Source: Fibrobacterales bacterium (GTDB lineage Bacteria > Fibrobacterota > Fibrobacteria > Fibrobacterales > JAOPTW01). From it: a stretch of 64,000 nucleotides of DNA. The stretch's first letter is position 1. Every line of letters starts with the position of its first letter. Below, one piece after another: positions 1-9,867 of this stretch. Below the pieces are notes generated by a model that worked only from the letters and a program-made list of their open reading frames with translations, was not told the origin of the DNA and searched no databases. Where the stretch lies: assembly GCA_051532035.1 (NCBI GenBank), contig JAOPTW010000015.1, positions 1 through 64,000 on the forward strand. The letters run 5' to 3'. The position numbers and the translations under genes are program-made.

Positions 1-1705
1 TTTCAGAAAATTTTGGACTCAAGGCACCCTCTTCAAAAACGATCTTTACAAAATGTCCTTCACTATACCAGCGTTTAATTTGCAATATATGGCTATCACT
101 TAACCCTATCTTAAAATGTTGAGTGCCATCACCCTCAATAAGGTTTTCGGAGGTATTGAGCCTAAATTCTTCTAACGATTCATATTCAAATGGACTCTCT
201 AGTGCTTCAATAACAATTTGTGTAGCATTGCTCACAAATACTGGTGCTGTCAGGTCCACTACTAGTTGACTCGTACCTTCACTCTCTATAAATCGACTTT
301 GAACAATTTCTAGAAAATGTACATCTTCACTCTCTTTCTTAACCGTCACTAATTTTCTAGAAAATTGGCCAGTAGTAATATCAGTTGCTAATATATCGAT
401 ATCGAGTACAGTTCCTGATTTCATGTAATGTAATACTTCTATATTAAATCCATTGTCAACAGGCTTTACAGAAATCCCACTTGAAGGGAGTATTGATTCA
501 TCCTTTGAAGTAACCTGGTATTCCATTTCTGATGATTCATCATGTTTATTAAGAATAGAGTAATGTGTAGGCCCTTGCTGTACATACAATGTATCGTACC
601 CTTCAATATACCAGCCTGAAGTATTTGAAAAGGGAATTGAAAATGCAGGCAGGTTATTAGAATTATATTCATAATAAGCCCCCTCTGATGCATTTACTTG
701 AATATAGTGTCCCAAATTTAGCCATGACTCAATTTTGGAGTATTGAGTTGTATTAAGAAAGATACTCGGTGAAAAACTAAAAGAATTTAAAGGGGGGGTG
801 TTTTCTGGTAAATCCAATGGAATAGACTCTACAATTACCCCAAGTGAATTTAAGGCAGTTACTGTTACTCCCGCACCACTATATATTGCCTGCTCCGACA
901 TTTCCACGTAAAGATAAGGGTCCCCACCTATATCAACGTTTACATAAGAAGAATTGAAGTGATACGAATGGTCAAAATATTCCATTCGCAATTCACTCAT
1001 TGTTGTTAATTGATAGTTACCCTCTATATTTCCATCATTATCTGTAAAAAACACAACGTTTGGGTCAAGGGCTACTATCCAGTTATAGGGGTCTAAACCT
1101 TCACTATTGAGCTCTTCGGGTAGCACAATATTGAGTACTGGTTGTCCAGGACTTTGAGTGACTGCTATGTTTTCAAGAAGGTAATTCTTTTGAAAAGTAT
1201 CATTAGAAAGTTTTATCTCACCACTAAAAGTTGTAACGTCGTCAAAAAGGTGAGTAAACCATATTTGTATTTCGTTATTATACTCGGAGTAACTTGCCCG
1301 TTCAACATATGGCCCACCATCTGTCAAATAGATTTTTCTATTATCGGGTCCACTTTGTACTGTACCAGATTGTACTATCCCTGATGGGAAGTTTCCGTGA
1401 AGCTCTACTCCATGTCCAATTATATTTAAAATTCTATTGTCATTGATCGCTGCAAAGTCAATATGCATAGTAAGTCCATTACCAACGGCAAATGTATTCC
1501 AATTAGTTATAACGATAGGATTTTCCCAAATATCATTATTTTTAACATCAATTGTTATAGTACCAGAACCAATTGTGGTATATGGTTGATCAAAGCTAAA
1601 GTAGAGTCGATTAGATTCTGGATCAAATCCTACTTGCGAAATATTTTGTGCATACACACTTTCAAATCCAAAAAAAAGGACGATACATAATAACAGACTT
1701 TTCAT
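1..1705 (-). CDS. Secreted/surface hypothetical protein, >560 aa, runs off the window start (3' end missing)
   Basis: Not in the ORF track. ATG at 1705 with AGGAG upstream. Translates MKSLLLCIVLFFGFESVYAQNISQVGFDPESNRLYF..., with a signal peptide, and the frame stays open to position 1 by manual reading. Acidic, beta-strand-rich composition. Confidence 0.8.
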   Translation of the reverse strand, partial: MKSLLLCIVLFFGFESVYAQNISQVGFDPESNRLYFSFDQPYTTIGSGTITIDVKNNDIWENPIVITNWNTFAVGNGLTMHIDFAAINDNRILNIIGHGVELHGNFPSGIVQSGTVQSGPDNRKIYLTDGGPYVERASYSEYNNEIQIWFTHLFDDVTTFSGEIKLSNDTFQKNYLLENIAVTQSPGQPVLNIVLPEELNSEGLDPYNWIVALDPNVVFFTDNDGNIEGNYQLTTMSELRMEYFDHSYHFNSSYVNVDIGGDPYLYVEMSEQAIYSGAGVTVTALNSLGVIVESIPLDLPENTPPLNSFSFSPSIFLNTTQYSKIESWLNLGHYIQVNASEGAYYEYNSNNLPAFSIPFSNTSGWYIEGYDTLYVQQGPTHYSILNKHDESSEMEYQVTSKDESILPSSGISVKPVDNGFNIEVLHYMKSGTVLDIDILATDITTGQFSRKLVTVKKESEDVHFLEIVQSRFIESEGTSQLVVDLTAPVFVSNATQIVIEALESPFEYESLEEFRLNTSENLIEGDGTQHFKIGLSDSHILQIKRWYSEGHFVKIVFEEGALSPKFSE

Positions 1706-1883
1706 GATAGACTCCTAGCCGTGGCTCTCTATACTATTAGAATACCACTATTCAGGCCCAAACTCAACCACTAATAATCAAAGTGAGAGCTAGATCACAT
1801 GCTACAGGACATTGCAGCACTATCTATTGGAGTATTTTTATTTTTTTGAGATGATAGGCTTGTTAATAAGACTCGCTCTTAAG

Positions 1884-3116
1884 CTAGTCAGACTCACCCT
1901 TAAGCCGTATATTAATTACTAGTCCGACAAGAACCATACAAGTCATGACAAACGACCCCCCATAAGAGAAAAAGGGAAGTGGTAAACCTGTAACAGGCAT
2001 CATTCCAAGAGTCATGGCAATGTTGACAAAAATATGAAACGAGAGAATAGAAGTTATCCCAATAATCATAAAATTGAGAAAGCCATCTCGTACTATTCTA
2101 CATATTGAGAGCATACGCTGTATAAGCAAAAAATATAAGAGCAATACAACAGCACACCCTATAAGACCAAACTGTTCACTCAACACACAGAATATAAAAT
2201 CAGTATGCTCTTCTGGTAAAAACTCATTATTAACTTGAGTACCTTTACCAAAACCCTTTCCGTAAATCCCACCAGAGCCAATAGTCACCTTTGACTGAAT
2301 AACTTGATACCCTGCACCCTTAGGATCCCTCATAGGATCGACAAAAGTGAGTATGCGAGACCGTTGATGCTCTTTAAGGCCATTGTTCCAAAGCATAAAT
2401 GAGCCAAAACCAGCAGCGAGATTAATAAGAAGAATAAGTATTGTAACTTTCAAATCGAGCTTTTGAGAGATAACTAATAAAAAAAGGAGAGCATAAACGC
2501 CCATCCAAATATATTGATTATGAGCCGTTACAACACTGATAGCAGGAGAAATAAGCACTATGATTTCTAAAACCGAAAGACCTGCCCAATAAAATCCAAT
2601 GAGTGTCATAACCATAAATACCAACGCAGTACTTAAGTCTGGCTGTACAAGTACCAAACCGAACGGCACTATAAAAAGAACACCAGGGCCAATAAAACCT
2701 TTTAACTTTGAGAGTGAAAGAGTTTTCTGAGAGAGCATTCGAGACATAGCAAGGAGATAGGCAATTTTAGCAAACTCCGAAGGTTGTAATCGAAAGCCAC
2801 CGATAGAAATCCAACGTGCAGCTCCTTTCACGGATTCACCTCCCCCAAACCCTACATATGCTAATGTAAATAATGACATAAAATAGAGGGGATATGCTGC
2901 TGAGTAAAGAACCTTAGGAGGAATTAAAACAATCACTCCAGCTAACAGCGAACCAATGGTGAAGTAAACTATTTGCCTGAACCAATAGGTTTCATAATAT
3001 GCAGAATCAGCATTGAGTGTTGCAGAGTAAACCATCAATACACCAATGGCAATTATTGCCAATAGAACGGTGAGAAAGGTGACATCAACACGTTGATCTT
3101 CACTACTGTGTATCAT
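1884..3116 (-). CDS. rodA: Rod shape-determining SEDS glycosyltransferase RodA
   Basis: GAARWI..LQPSEFAK, QPDLSTA, LPEEHTDFIF and GLPLPFFSYGGS motifs; lies directly after mrdA. Confidence 0.96.
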   Translation of the reverse strand: MIHSSEDQRVDVTFLTVLLAIIAIGVLMVYSATLNADSAYYETYWFRQIVYFTIGSLLAGVIVLIPPKVLYSAAYPLYFMSLFTLAYVGFGGGESVKGAARWISIGGFRLQPSEFAKIAYLLAMSRMLSQKTLSLSKLKGFIGPGVLFIVPFGLVLVQPDLSTALVFMVMTLIGFYWAGLSVLEIIVLISPAISVVTAHNQYIWMGVYALLFLLVISQKLDLKVTILILLINLAAGFGSFMLWNNGLKEHQRSRILTFVDPMRDPKGAGYQVIQSKVTIGSGGIYGKGFGKGTQVNNEFLPEEHTDFIFCVLSEQFGLIGCAVVLLLYFLLIQRMLSICRIVRDGFLNFMIIGITSILSFHIFVNIAMTLGMMPVTGLPLPFFSYGGSFVMTCMVLVGLVINIRLKGESD

Positions 3117-5397
3117 TGGTCACCTTTTTTTTTCTGCTAAAATAGTGTCGGAGTACTTTACCTGCAATGGGAGCTGCAATAGAGCCACCATGACCAGCAT
3201 TTTCAACCAAAACTGCAATAGCAATTTCTGGTTTATCTAGGGGGGCTACGGCAGCAAACCAAGCATGAGTTTTTTCGCCATGAGGGTTTTCTGCCGAACC
3301 TGTTTTACCCCCCACTCGAACACCTTTTACTCGAGACCAGCCCCCCGTTCCATGGGGGGCTGAAATAACCTCTTCCATAGCGGTAATAATGGTATTATAG
3401 GTTTCATCCGATATTTCTATCGCATTTAATGCTTTTGGTTTATAGCGCTTTACAACAAGGCCATTTTCATCGACAACTTCTTTAAGTAAATGGGGGTGAT
3501 AGAGCGAGTCATTGGCTGCAAGAGCACCAAAAGCATTTGCCATCTGGAGTGGTGTTACTAATTCTCCTTGACCTATAGCTAAATTGAGAATTTGACCACG
3601 AGTCCAACGCCACCCTTTATGTTTAAAACGCTTATTATAAGTAGTGGAATCCATTAAAAGACCTGACCTTTCTGTAGGGAGATCAATACCACTTTTGCTC
3701 GCTAATCCATACATTCGTGCATATTTATTGATAGGATCCATTCCAACATCCAAACCTAATTGATAAAAATAGACATCACATGACTCGCGAAGCGCATCTA
3801 CTACATCCATTCTTCCATGACCCGATGCTTTCCAGCATTTTTGAACTCTTCTACCAAACTTAAAGGCACCAGTACATGCCTTTCTATACTTAAATGTTGG
3901 GGTAATTTTTTTAGTTTCCATCCCAGCGATAGACGTAAAAAGTTTAAAGAGTGATCCTGGTGGATAAGTTCCTAAGGCTGCCCTGTTATATGATGGCTTA
4001 TCTGCGCTTTTTAGCTCAGCAATCGCCTCGTTTCTTAAAGAGGTCTCAATAGAATAAATATTTGGATCAAATGCAGGAGAAGAGAGCATTGCCAATATCT
4101 CTCCATTTTGGGGATTGAGTGCTACAAGTGCCCCTTTCAATGTGTCTGCAAAAGCTTCTTCTGCAATTTTTTGAAGATCTAAATCGATTGTGGTTACTAC
4201 ATTATAACCAGCCTTTGCTTTTTCATTAGGCATACTTTCTAGAAGCCCTAATTCTCGACCATATACATCTACTTCAACAAATTTAATACCATCCTGACCA
4301 CGAAACATCGGTTCATATATCTTTTCAACTCCCGATTTCCCTATATACGCCCCTTGCCTGTAGTTAGCAAACAGACTATCCTTTAAGTCTTCTTCTGTAA
4401 TTTCAGAATTATAACCCAGCAAATGGGCAGCAGTCTTTCCACTTGTATAAAAACGTCTCGGATCGTATTCTACCACAACCCCTTGCAAATGCTCCTGGTG
4501 CTCCACTACAAGTGACACCACTTCATAATTAACATCTTCTAACAGTAAGTGTCGCTTAAACCTATTCTTCCTACTTGCTGCATGAATGCGCTCCATTGTT
4601 TTGAGTGTATCAAATACTTGCTTATTTTCAACATTTTTCATTGTCATTAAATTATGAAATAGATCAAGATTTTTAACTTTTTGTTGCTCAAGTTTCATTC
4701 TGAAATCCCAAAGACTATTTTTAACAAACCATTTTAACTTTCGTTCATAGATCGCAACACGTTTTTCATAACCTGGCCGTTTTTTCTGTAAAGTATATAT
4801 GGAATCTTTCTTTGACACCGATTGCTTTTCAAGGAGCGCTTTTAAATGAAGCTTTTCAAAGGATACCTTTGTAGAATCACCAAATAACCGAATAATAGTC
4901 TCTACTTTATAAAGTGAGTCAGTAGTAAGCTTTCTTCTCTCTTCAATAACATACGCGTCTGGAATAGTCTTATAAATAACTGAATCGCCGACTTCTTCAA
5001 TCCACTCTCTGAGGTAACCATCAAATTTAGTCTTTCTCTCTGCATACGCTTCACTTTTTAAAAAAGCATCTGTAATGCTATCTTTGTTAAACACAACAGA
5101 GCGAAGCCCTCTGAGCCCCTCAACTTTATTAGGCTCTATCATTATATTATTAGAGACTCTATTTCGTACGAGTATCTCTTTATTTCGTGAAAATATATTC
5201 CCACGATTTGCCTTAATAATAATTTTCCTCATTCTATTTGATTCAGAGAGCCGTAGATTTTCATCATACATAATCACCTGCAGATAAAAGAGACGGCCAA
5301 CAAGGATAAGAAAGATAAAACCAACAATCAAAACCAGAAACGAACTTTTAACATTTCTATTGTGCTGATCTTCTTGCAGTGAACTGTTATTAAACAT
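3103..5397 (-). CDS. mrdA: Penicillin-binding protein 2 with a ~150-aa insertion in the N-terminal periplasmic region
   Basis: N-terminal TM; RGNIFSRN; SxxK (GSLFK), SxD (SCDVYFY) and KTG (GKTGSAE) motifs; position in the mre operon. Confidence 0.95.
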   Translation of the reverse strand: MFNNSSLQEDQHNRNVKSSFLVLIVGFIFLILVGRLFYLQVIMYDENLRLSESNRMRKIIIKANRGNIFSRNKEILVRNRVSNNIMIEPNKVEGLRGLRSVVFNKDSITDAFLKSEAYAERKTKFDGYLREWIEEVGDSVIYKTIPDAYVIEERRKLTTDSLYKVETIIRLFGDSTKVSFEKLHLKALLEKQSVSKKDSIYTLQKKRPGYEKRVAIYERKLKWFVKNSLWDFRMKLEQQKVKNLDLFHNLMTMKNVENKQVFDTLKTMERIHAASRKNRFKRHLLLEDVNYEVVSLVVEHQEHLQGVVVEYDPRRFYTSGKTAAHLLGYNSEITEEDLKDSLFANYRQGAYIGKSGVEKIYEPMFRGQDGIKFVEVDVYGRELGLLESMPNEKAKAGYNVVTTIDLDLQKIAEEAFADTLKGALVALNPQNGEILAMLSSPAFDPNIYSIETSLRNEAIAELKSADKPSYNRAALGTYPPGSLFKLFTSIAGMETKKITPTFKYRKACTGAFKFGRRVQKCWKASGHGRMDVVDALRESCDVYFYQLGLDVGMDPINKYARMYGLASKSGIDLPTERSGLLMDSTTYNKRFKHKGWRWTRGQILNLAIGQGELVTPLQMANAFGALAANDSLYHPHLLKEVVDENGLVVKRYKPKALNAIEISDETYNTIITAMEEVISAPHGTGGWSRVKGVRVGGKTGSAENPHGEKTHAWFAAVAPLDKPEIAIAVLVENAGHGGSIAAPIAGKVLRHYFSRKKKVTNDTQ

Positions 5398-5866
5398 GTG
5401 TTTTTTTGTTGGTGTGCGTTAAATAAAAGATAAACGCCCCCAAAATAATGGTATAGATACTCTCCCACAGGGACTTGTTTTTTACAAATTCTATAACTTC
5501 ATCGAACTTCATATCAATAAGAAATCCGTAACTGATATCGTGAAGAAAAAAGACAAATACAAGAATGATCACTTTAGTTATGTAATCCAAACTTATTAAC
5601 TCTTCTTCAAAAAGGCCGACAAAATAACCAATTGCTGACTTTATCAAAGCATGAGCACCTAAAAACTCATAGCTATAAATGTCTTGTATAATACCAAGTA
5701 AAAAACCAGTGAAAACTCCTGCAACAGGCCCAAATAGTAAACTGATATATACAAGAAATATGATGGTGAGATCTGGTTTCACATCATTAATACTTAATAA
5801 CTCAAGGAGTGTTGATTGAAGGATCAGCACACCAAGTGCAAATATAATTACGATTGCTGTTTTCAC
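5390..5866 (-). CDS. mreD: Rod shape-determining protein MreD
   Basis: Small hydrophobic protein with PDL and G..GFLLGIIQDI motifs, located between mreC and mrdA. Confidence 0.9.
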   Translation of the reverse strand: MKTAIVIIFALGVLILQSTLLELLSINDVKPDLTIIFLVYISLLFGPVAGVFTGFLLGIIQDIYSYEFLGAHALIKSAIGYFVGLFEEELISLDYITKVIILVFVFFLHDISYGFLIDMKFDEVIEFVKNKSLWESIYTIILGAFIFYLTHTNKKTHV

Positions 5867-6693
5867 TTTCCTCCCTTAAATACCCAATCTGATTCTTTCT
5901 TAAGTACAAAAACCTCTTCTACATAAGCCGGACTTTGAAACAATGCAACTTCTGCTTTTTTCATAAGCTCAATATCACCAGATATAAAACCTGTTATCAC
6001 TCCAAGACGCATGCCTTTTGGGAATATACCACCATACCCTGAAGTTACCAATGTATCACCAACTCTAACATCTGCATAATTGGGAACAGCAAGTTCAATT
6101 GTATAAGAGTCAACTGTTTGAAGCACACCAATAGTGCGCGATCTATTTTCAATTGCCGAGACTTTAGAGGCTGGGTCATTGAGAAACTGAACATATGAAT
6201 GGGAATTAAATACTTTAAATACCTTTCCCACTACACCATTTGCAGTAAAAACCGGCATATTAACCTCAATTGAATCTTTTGACCCTACATCTATAACACA
6301 TGATGAGTGTAGACGTCCAGGGTCGCGTGCAATAACTTGAGCAAAAATGAGCGGATACTCTTCTGTCTGTTTAAAAGATAAAAAGTCCTTAAGCCGTACA
6401 TTCTCTATTTTTGCCTCAATTAAGAGGTCATTTTCTAATCGAAGTCGTGCTTTTTCCTCTTTAAGCACCACATTTTCAGCCTGAAGGTCTTTGATTCCCT
6501 CCATCCACATCAGTACTTTTTGAGCAGGAGCTAGAAAAGTACTGATACTGATATCAAAAAATGTCTTTTTTTGAACGAGATTGAGATTAAAGAGGCTTGA
6601 TGAAATTACAATACAAATAAGGAAAGAGGTTATACCCCTGCCATACTTTAAAAAAGCAACAATTGAATCATACGACTTAACAGGAGCTGACAC
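5863..6693 (-). CDS. mreC: Rod shape-determining protein MreC
   Basis: TM, coiled coil (LQAENVVLKEE), VIARDP, GDTLVTSGYGGIFPKG. Confidence 0.94.
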   Translation of the reverse strand: MSAPVKSYDSIVAFLKYGRGITSFLICIVISSSLFNLNLVQKKTFFDISISTFLAPAQKVLMWMEGIKDLQAENVVLKEEKARLRLENDLLIEAKIENVRLKDFLSFKQTEEYPLIFAQVIARDPGRLHSSCVIDVGSKDSIEVNMPVFTANGVVGKVFKVFNSHSYVQFLNDPASKVSAIENRSRTIGVLQTVDSYTIELAVPNYADVRVGDTLVTSGYGGIFPKGMRLGVITGFISGDIELMKKAEVALFQSPAYVEEVFVLKKESDWVFKGGK

Positions 6694-6704
6694 TTATGCC
6701 CACC

Positions 6705-7721
6705 TTATCTCATGAGAACCTTGTGATATTTCTCCATATCTTCAAGTATGCGTGCGGTACCTTTACACACACACACCAATGGATCATCAATAACATTAAC
6801 AGGGAGGTTCGTCTCTTGTCTGAGGCGTTCGTCGAGGCCGCGAAGCTGTGCACCGCCACCAGTCATCACGATACCTTTATCAAGAATATCAGCAGAAAGT
6901 TCTGGAGGTGTTCTCTCAAGTGCCTGTTTTACTGCTTCAACTATAGAGGTAACTGGTTGATTCAGTGCTTCTCTCACTTCAACAGAAGAGATATTCATTG
7001 TACGAGGTATACCAGCTGTTTGATCACGACCCTTCACTTGCATTTCTAACTCCTCTTCAAGAGGAAATGCCGAGCCAATTTGAAGCTTAATTTGTTCAGC
7101 AGTACTTTCACCTACGAGAAGGTTGTAGGTGCGCTTAAGGTAATCAATAATTGCCTCATCCATCTCATCACCACCAACACGAACGGAAGTATCACAGACA
7201 ATACCGTAGAGTGCAATAACTGCAATCTCTGAAGTACCACCTCCAATATCAATAACCATGTTTCCAGAAGGGTCTTCAACAGGTATTCCCATCCCAATAG
7301 CTGCAGCCATAGGCTCTGCTACAAGATGTACTTCTTTCGCACCAGCGCGTTGAGCGGCATCAACGACGGCTCTTTTCTCTACTTCAGTAATACCAGATGG
7401 GACCCCAATAACTACTCGGGGACGTAAAAAGAAGAGTGGGTATTTCTGAACTACTTTGATAAAATGCTGCAGCATACTCTCAACTAATTTGAAATCAGCA
7501 ATAACACCATCTTTCATTGGTCGGCATGCTATTATCTCATCAGGAGTTCTTCCGAGCATTTTTTTTGCATCTGATCCAATATGAACCACTTTACCTGATC
7601 GCCTGTCCACGGCGACAACAGACGGCTCATTTATTACTATTCCCTTGTTAGATACATTAACCAGCACATTGGCGGTTCCTAGATCAATTCCAATATCACT
7701 GGAAAATACTCGTGAAAACAA
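6705..7721 (-). CDS. mreB: Actin-like MreB
   Basis: IGIDLGTAN, EPSVVA, DIGGGTSE, MTGGGAQLRGLD; TTG start. Confidence 0.98.
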   Translation of the reverse strand: MFSRVFSSDIGIDLGTANVLVNVSNKGIVINEPSVVAVDRRSGKVVHIGSDAKKMLGRTPDEIIACRPMKDGVIADFKLVESMLQHFIKVVQKYPLFFLRPRVVIGVPSGITEVEKRAVVDAAQRAGAKEVHLVAEPMAAAIGMGIPVEDPSGNMVIDIGGGTSEIAVIALYGIVCDTSVRVGGDEMDEAIIDYLKRTYNLLVGESTAEQIKLQIGSAFPLEEELEMQVKGRDQTAGIPRTMNISSVEVREALNQPVTSIVEAVKQALERTPPELSADILDKGIVMTGGGAQLRGLDERLRQETNLPVNVIDDPLVCVCKGTARILEDMEKYHKVLMR

Positions 7722-7818
7722 TGTTCACCTCTTATTATTTAATGCCTGAATATCCCAATAGCGTACTACTGGTTTTGTGTTATAGTGTAAAAAGTAACTA
7801 GTTATGCGTCACTAGTGC

Positions 7819-8202
7819 TTATTTTTTTGAACTTTCAGAAAAATGTCTCAGTTTTTTTTCGTAGCGATCCCAATAATTATATTGAGCGTTAAAACGATAC
7901 TTCCTCACTTCTTTGAGAGTAATCTCTCGATAAAAGAAAAAAGAGACCTCTGCATAGGCTGCATATAAGTTGGCAGTATCTCCTTGGAAGAACCGCAAAT
8001 CTTCAACACGGTAATATGGCTCTTCGAGAATATGTTCTTTCTCTACACTATTCAATTGTTGAGCAACAATCATTTTAAGATCATTTTGCAACAGAGTATC
8101 TAACTTTTTTCCAATAGTGTTTCGTGAGTTGGTACACCCTACCACTAAAACAAGAAAGAACCAGACAATGCCAGTCCTATATATACATAACGAAAATTTC
8201 AC
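7819..8202 (-). CDS. Hypothetical lipoprotein
   Basis: Hydrophobic stretch ending in lipobox-like VVG-C; co-oriented between the OMP gene and mreB. Confidence 0.6.
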   Translation of the reverse strand: MKFSLCIYRTGIVWFFLVLVVGCTNSRNTIGKKLDTLLQNDLKMIVAQQLNSVEKEHILEEPYYRVEDLRFFQGDTANLYAAYAEVSFFFYREITLKEVRKYRFNAQYNYWDRYEKKLRHFSESSKK

Positions 8203-8217
8203 CTGTGTAACTATTCC

Positions 8218-9630
8218 TTAAAAAGAGTACGTCGCTGAGAGCCTTGAGAAAAGTCGCCCCTGTCCAGAAAAAGGATTTCTATACAGAAGATCTTCTGAAA
8301 CAGTAACATCAATTTTTAATTTCTCTTCAACATTGATTCCAAATCCAAACCCAATATGGTCACTATTCGTTCCATTACCTGCTACATTTGTTCTCATGTA
8401 GTTTCCTGAACCATCTGCATTGGTAAACTCACCACAGTATCCACCTTCTTCAACAGCTAGATCACAATCAACATACGTAATAACTTTTTGACCACCAACG
8501 CGAATAATAAACCAGTCCCACCAGATCGATCTCTCGATACCAAAACTAATTTTACCGCCAGTTTCAGTCACTACATCTTTCCCGACCGTTGTACTGTTTG
8601 TCGTTGAAAACGTTGAATAGACTACCTCACCATCATGATTATAAAAGCTTGGATAGGAGCTCACTGTTGAGCCAAGTCCAAGAGATGCACTGCGTGATAA
8701 AAACTTTGAGGTATTGCTTATAAAGTCAAGTCCAAGCCAAAAGAAACCCATGTTATCCATCGAAACATTTATCCCCAGACCCGCTTGAATCTCGACCGCT
8801 TCCTGTCCTGGAAGAGTATAGTTGCCATAAGAGACCGTTGGTACGAGTTCACCATTAATTAAATCAACAGTTGAAAAGAGGCGTGCATTTGCCAAGTAAG
8901 AGAGGTTATCCCAATCAATAAAGGTACCTTTACCATACTGCATACTTGCAACCCCAACTGCTATTTCTGCATCAATAGTGCTACTTAATTGAAGGTTAGT
9001 TCCGGCATCCATTTTAATGATCGATGCATTTGCTTCACTATTGAGCTGATACATGCCATTCTGCTCATTTGCGCCATCCTGATAAGCCACGTATACATGC
9101 AGGCCATAGAGGTCGCCAGACTCGGTAGAAAGCCCTAAAAAGCCATCAAAATTGGTCGCCGGGGCAGGCACTTCAACAAGATGAGCCTGATTCAAGCCCG
9201 GAAGTGTCGTATCCTGTATAATATCTGCTATGATAGGGTCTATACCAATTGCATTTGAAGAAATATCTCTCACAACTATTTTATCTGGAAAAAAGCGAAA
9301 AAGGTTCTGATCAACACGATTAAATGCACCGGCAATAGAGAACCGAGGGTCTGCTTTTACATTACGCCCAATTCCAATTGCAAATATCCCACCAAACCAC
9401 GGATTTTGAGGGTCAAGGTTACTTCCTTCGCTGACATCATCAAGATAGGTACCCATCTCACCAATCAAATAGTTTGGATAAATACCAATATTTGCCGGAT
9501 TATCAAAAATACTCATGTCATCCATGATATAGGTTGAGTTTTTACCCATAGACTCTATTCGAGCATATGTTGCAAATGCCGCAGAGTAACAGAGCCCCAC
9601 TATAAATGAGCCAACCAATAGTTTTTTCAT
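8218..9630 (-). CDS. Putative outer-membrane beta-barrel (FadL/PorV-like N-terminus)
   Basis: Signal peptide; ARIESMG...DD.SIFDNPA hatch-like motif; amphipathic strands; C-terminal LSATYSF BAM signal. Confidence 0.65.
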   Translation of the reverse strand: MKKLLVGSFIVGLCYSAAFATYARIESMGKNSTYIMDDMSIFDNPANIGIYPNYLIGEMGTYLDDVSEGSNLDPQNPWFGGIFAIGIGRNVKADPRFSIAGAFNRVDQNLFRFFPDKIVVRDISSNAIGIDPIIADIIQDTTLPGLNQAHLVEVPAPATNFDGFLGLSTESGDLYGLHVYVAYQDGANEQNGMYQLNSEANASIIKMDAGTNLQLSSTIDAEIAVGVASMQYGKGTFIDWDNLSYLANARLFSTVDLINGELVPTVSYGNYTLPGQEAVEIQAGLGINVSMDNMGFFWLGLDFISNTSKFLSRSASLGLGSTVSSYPSFYNHDGEVVYSTFSTTNSTTVGKDVVTETGGKISFGIERSIWWDWFIIRVGGQKVITYVDCDLAVEEGGYCGEFTNADGSGNYMRTNVAGNGTNSDHIGFGFGINVEEKLKIDVTVSEDLLYRNPFSGQGRLFSRLSATYSF

Positions 9631-9827
9631 GAGATACCTTTCATAATTTCGTTATAGTTAAAAACTAACTGTTTTTTGTCTCTTTGGGATAAAAAACAGA
9701 GCAACACCAACAGTTGTACTCAGAAAAACGGTACGTCAATGTCCATACTATATTCACAATTATAAGATCTGATTTTAAAAAAAGAAGCGCTATTTATTTA
9801 ATTCATAGCCAAACAATACAGCGAAAT

Positions 9828-9858
9828 AAAAAAAGAACCGGCTTAAAGAAGCCGGCTC
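9828..9858 (-). terminator. Rho-independent terminator after the ExbBD/TonB-like operon
   Basis: GAGCCGGCTT-CTTT-AAGCCGGTTC followed by T7 on the minus strand. Confidence 0.75.
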
Positions 9859-9867
9859 ATACATTTG

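Noticed and set aside
466..1690. Short ORFs 466-693, 1142-1384 and 1463-1690
   Set aside because: They lie within the long minus-strand ORF starting at 1705, in other frames or on the other strand.
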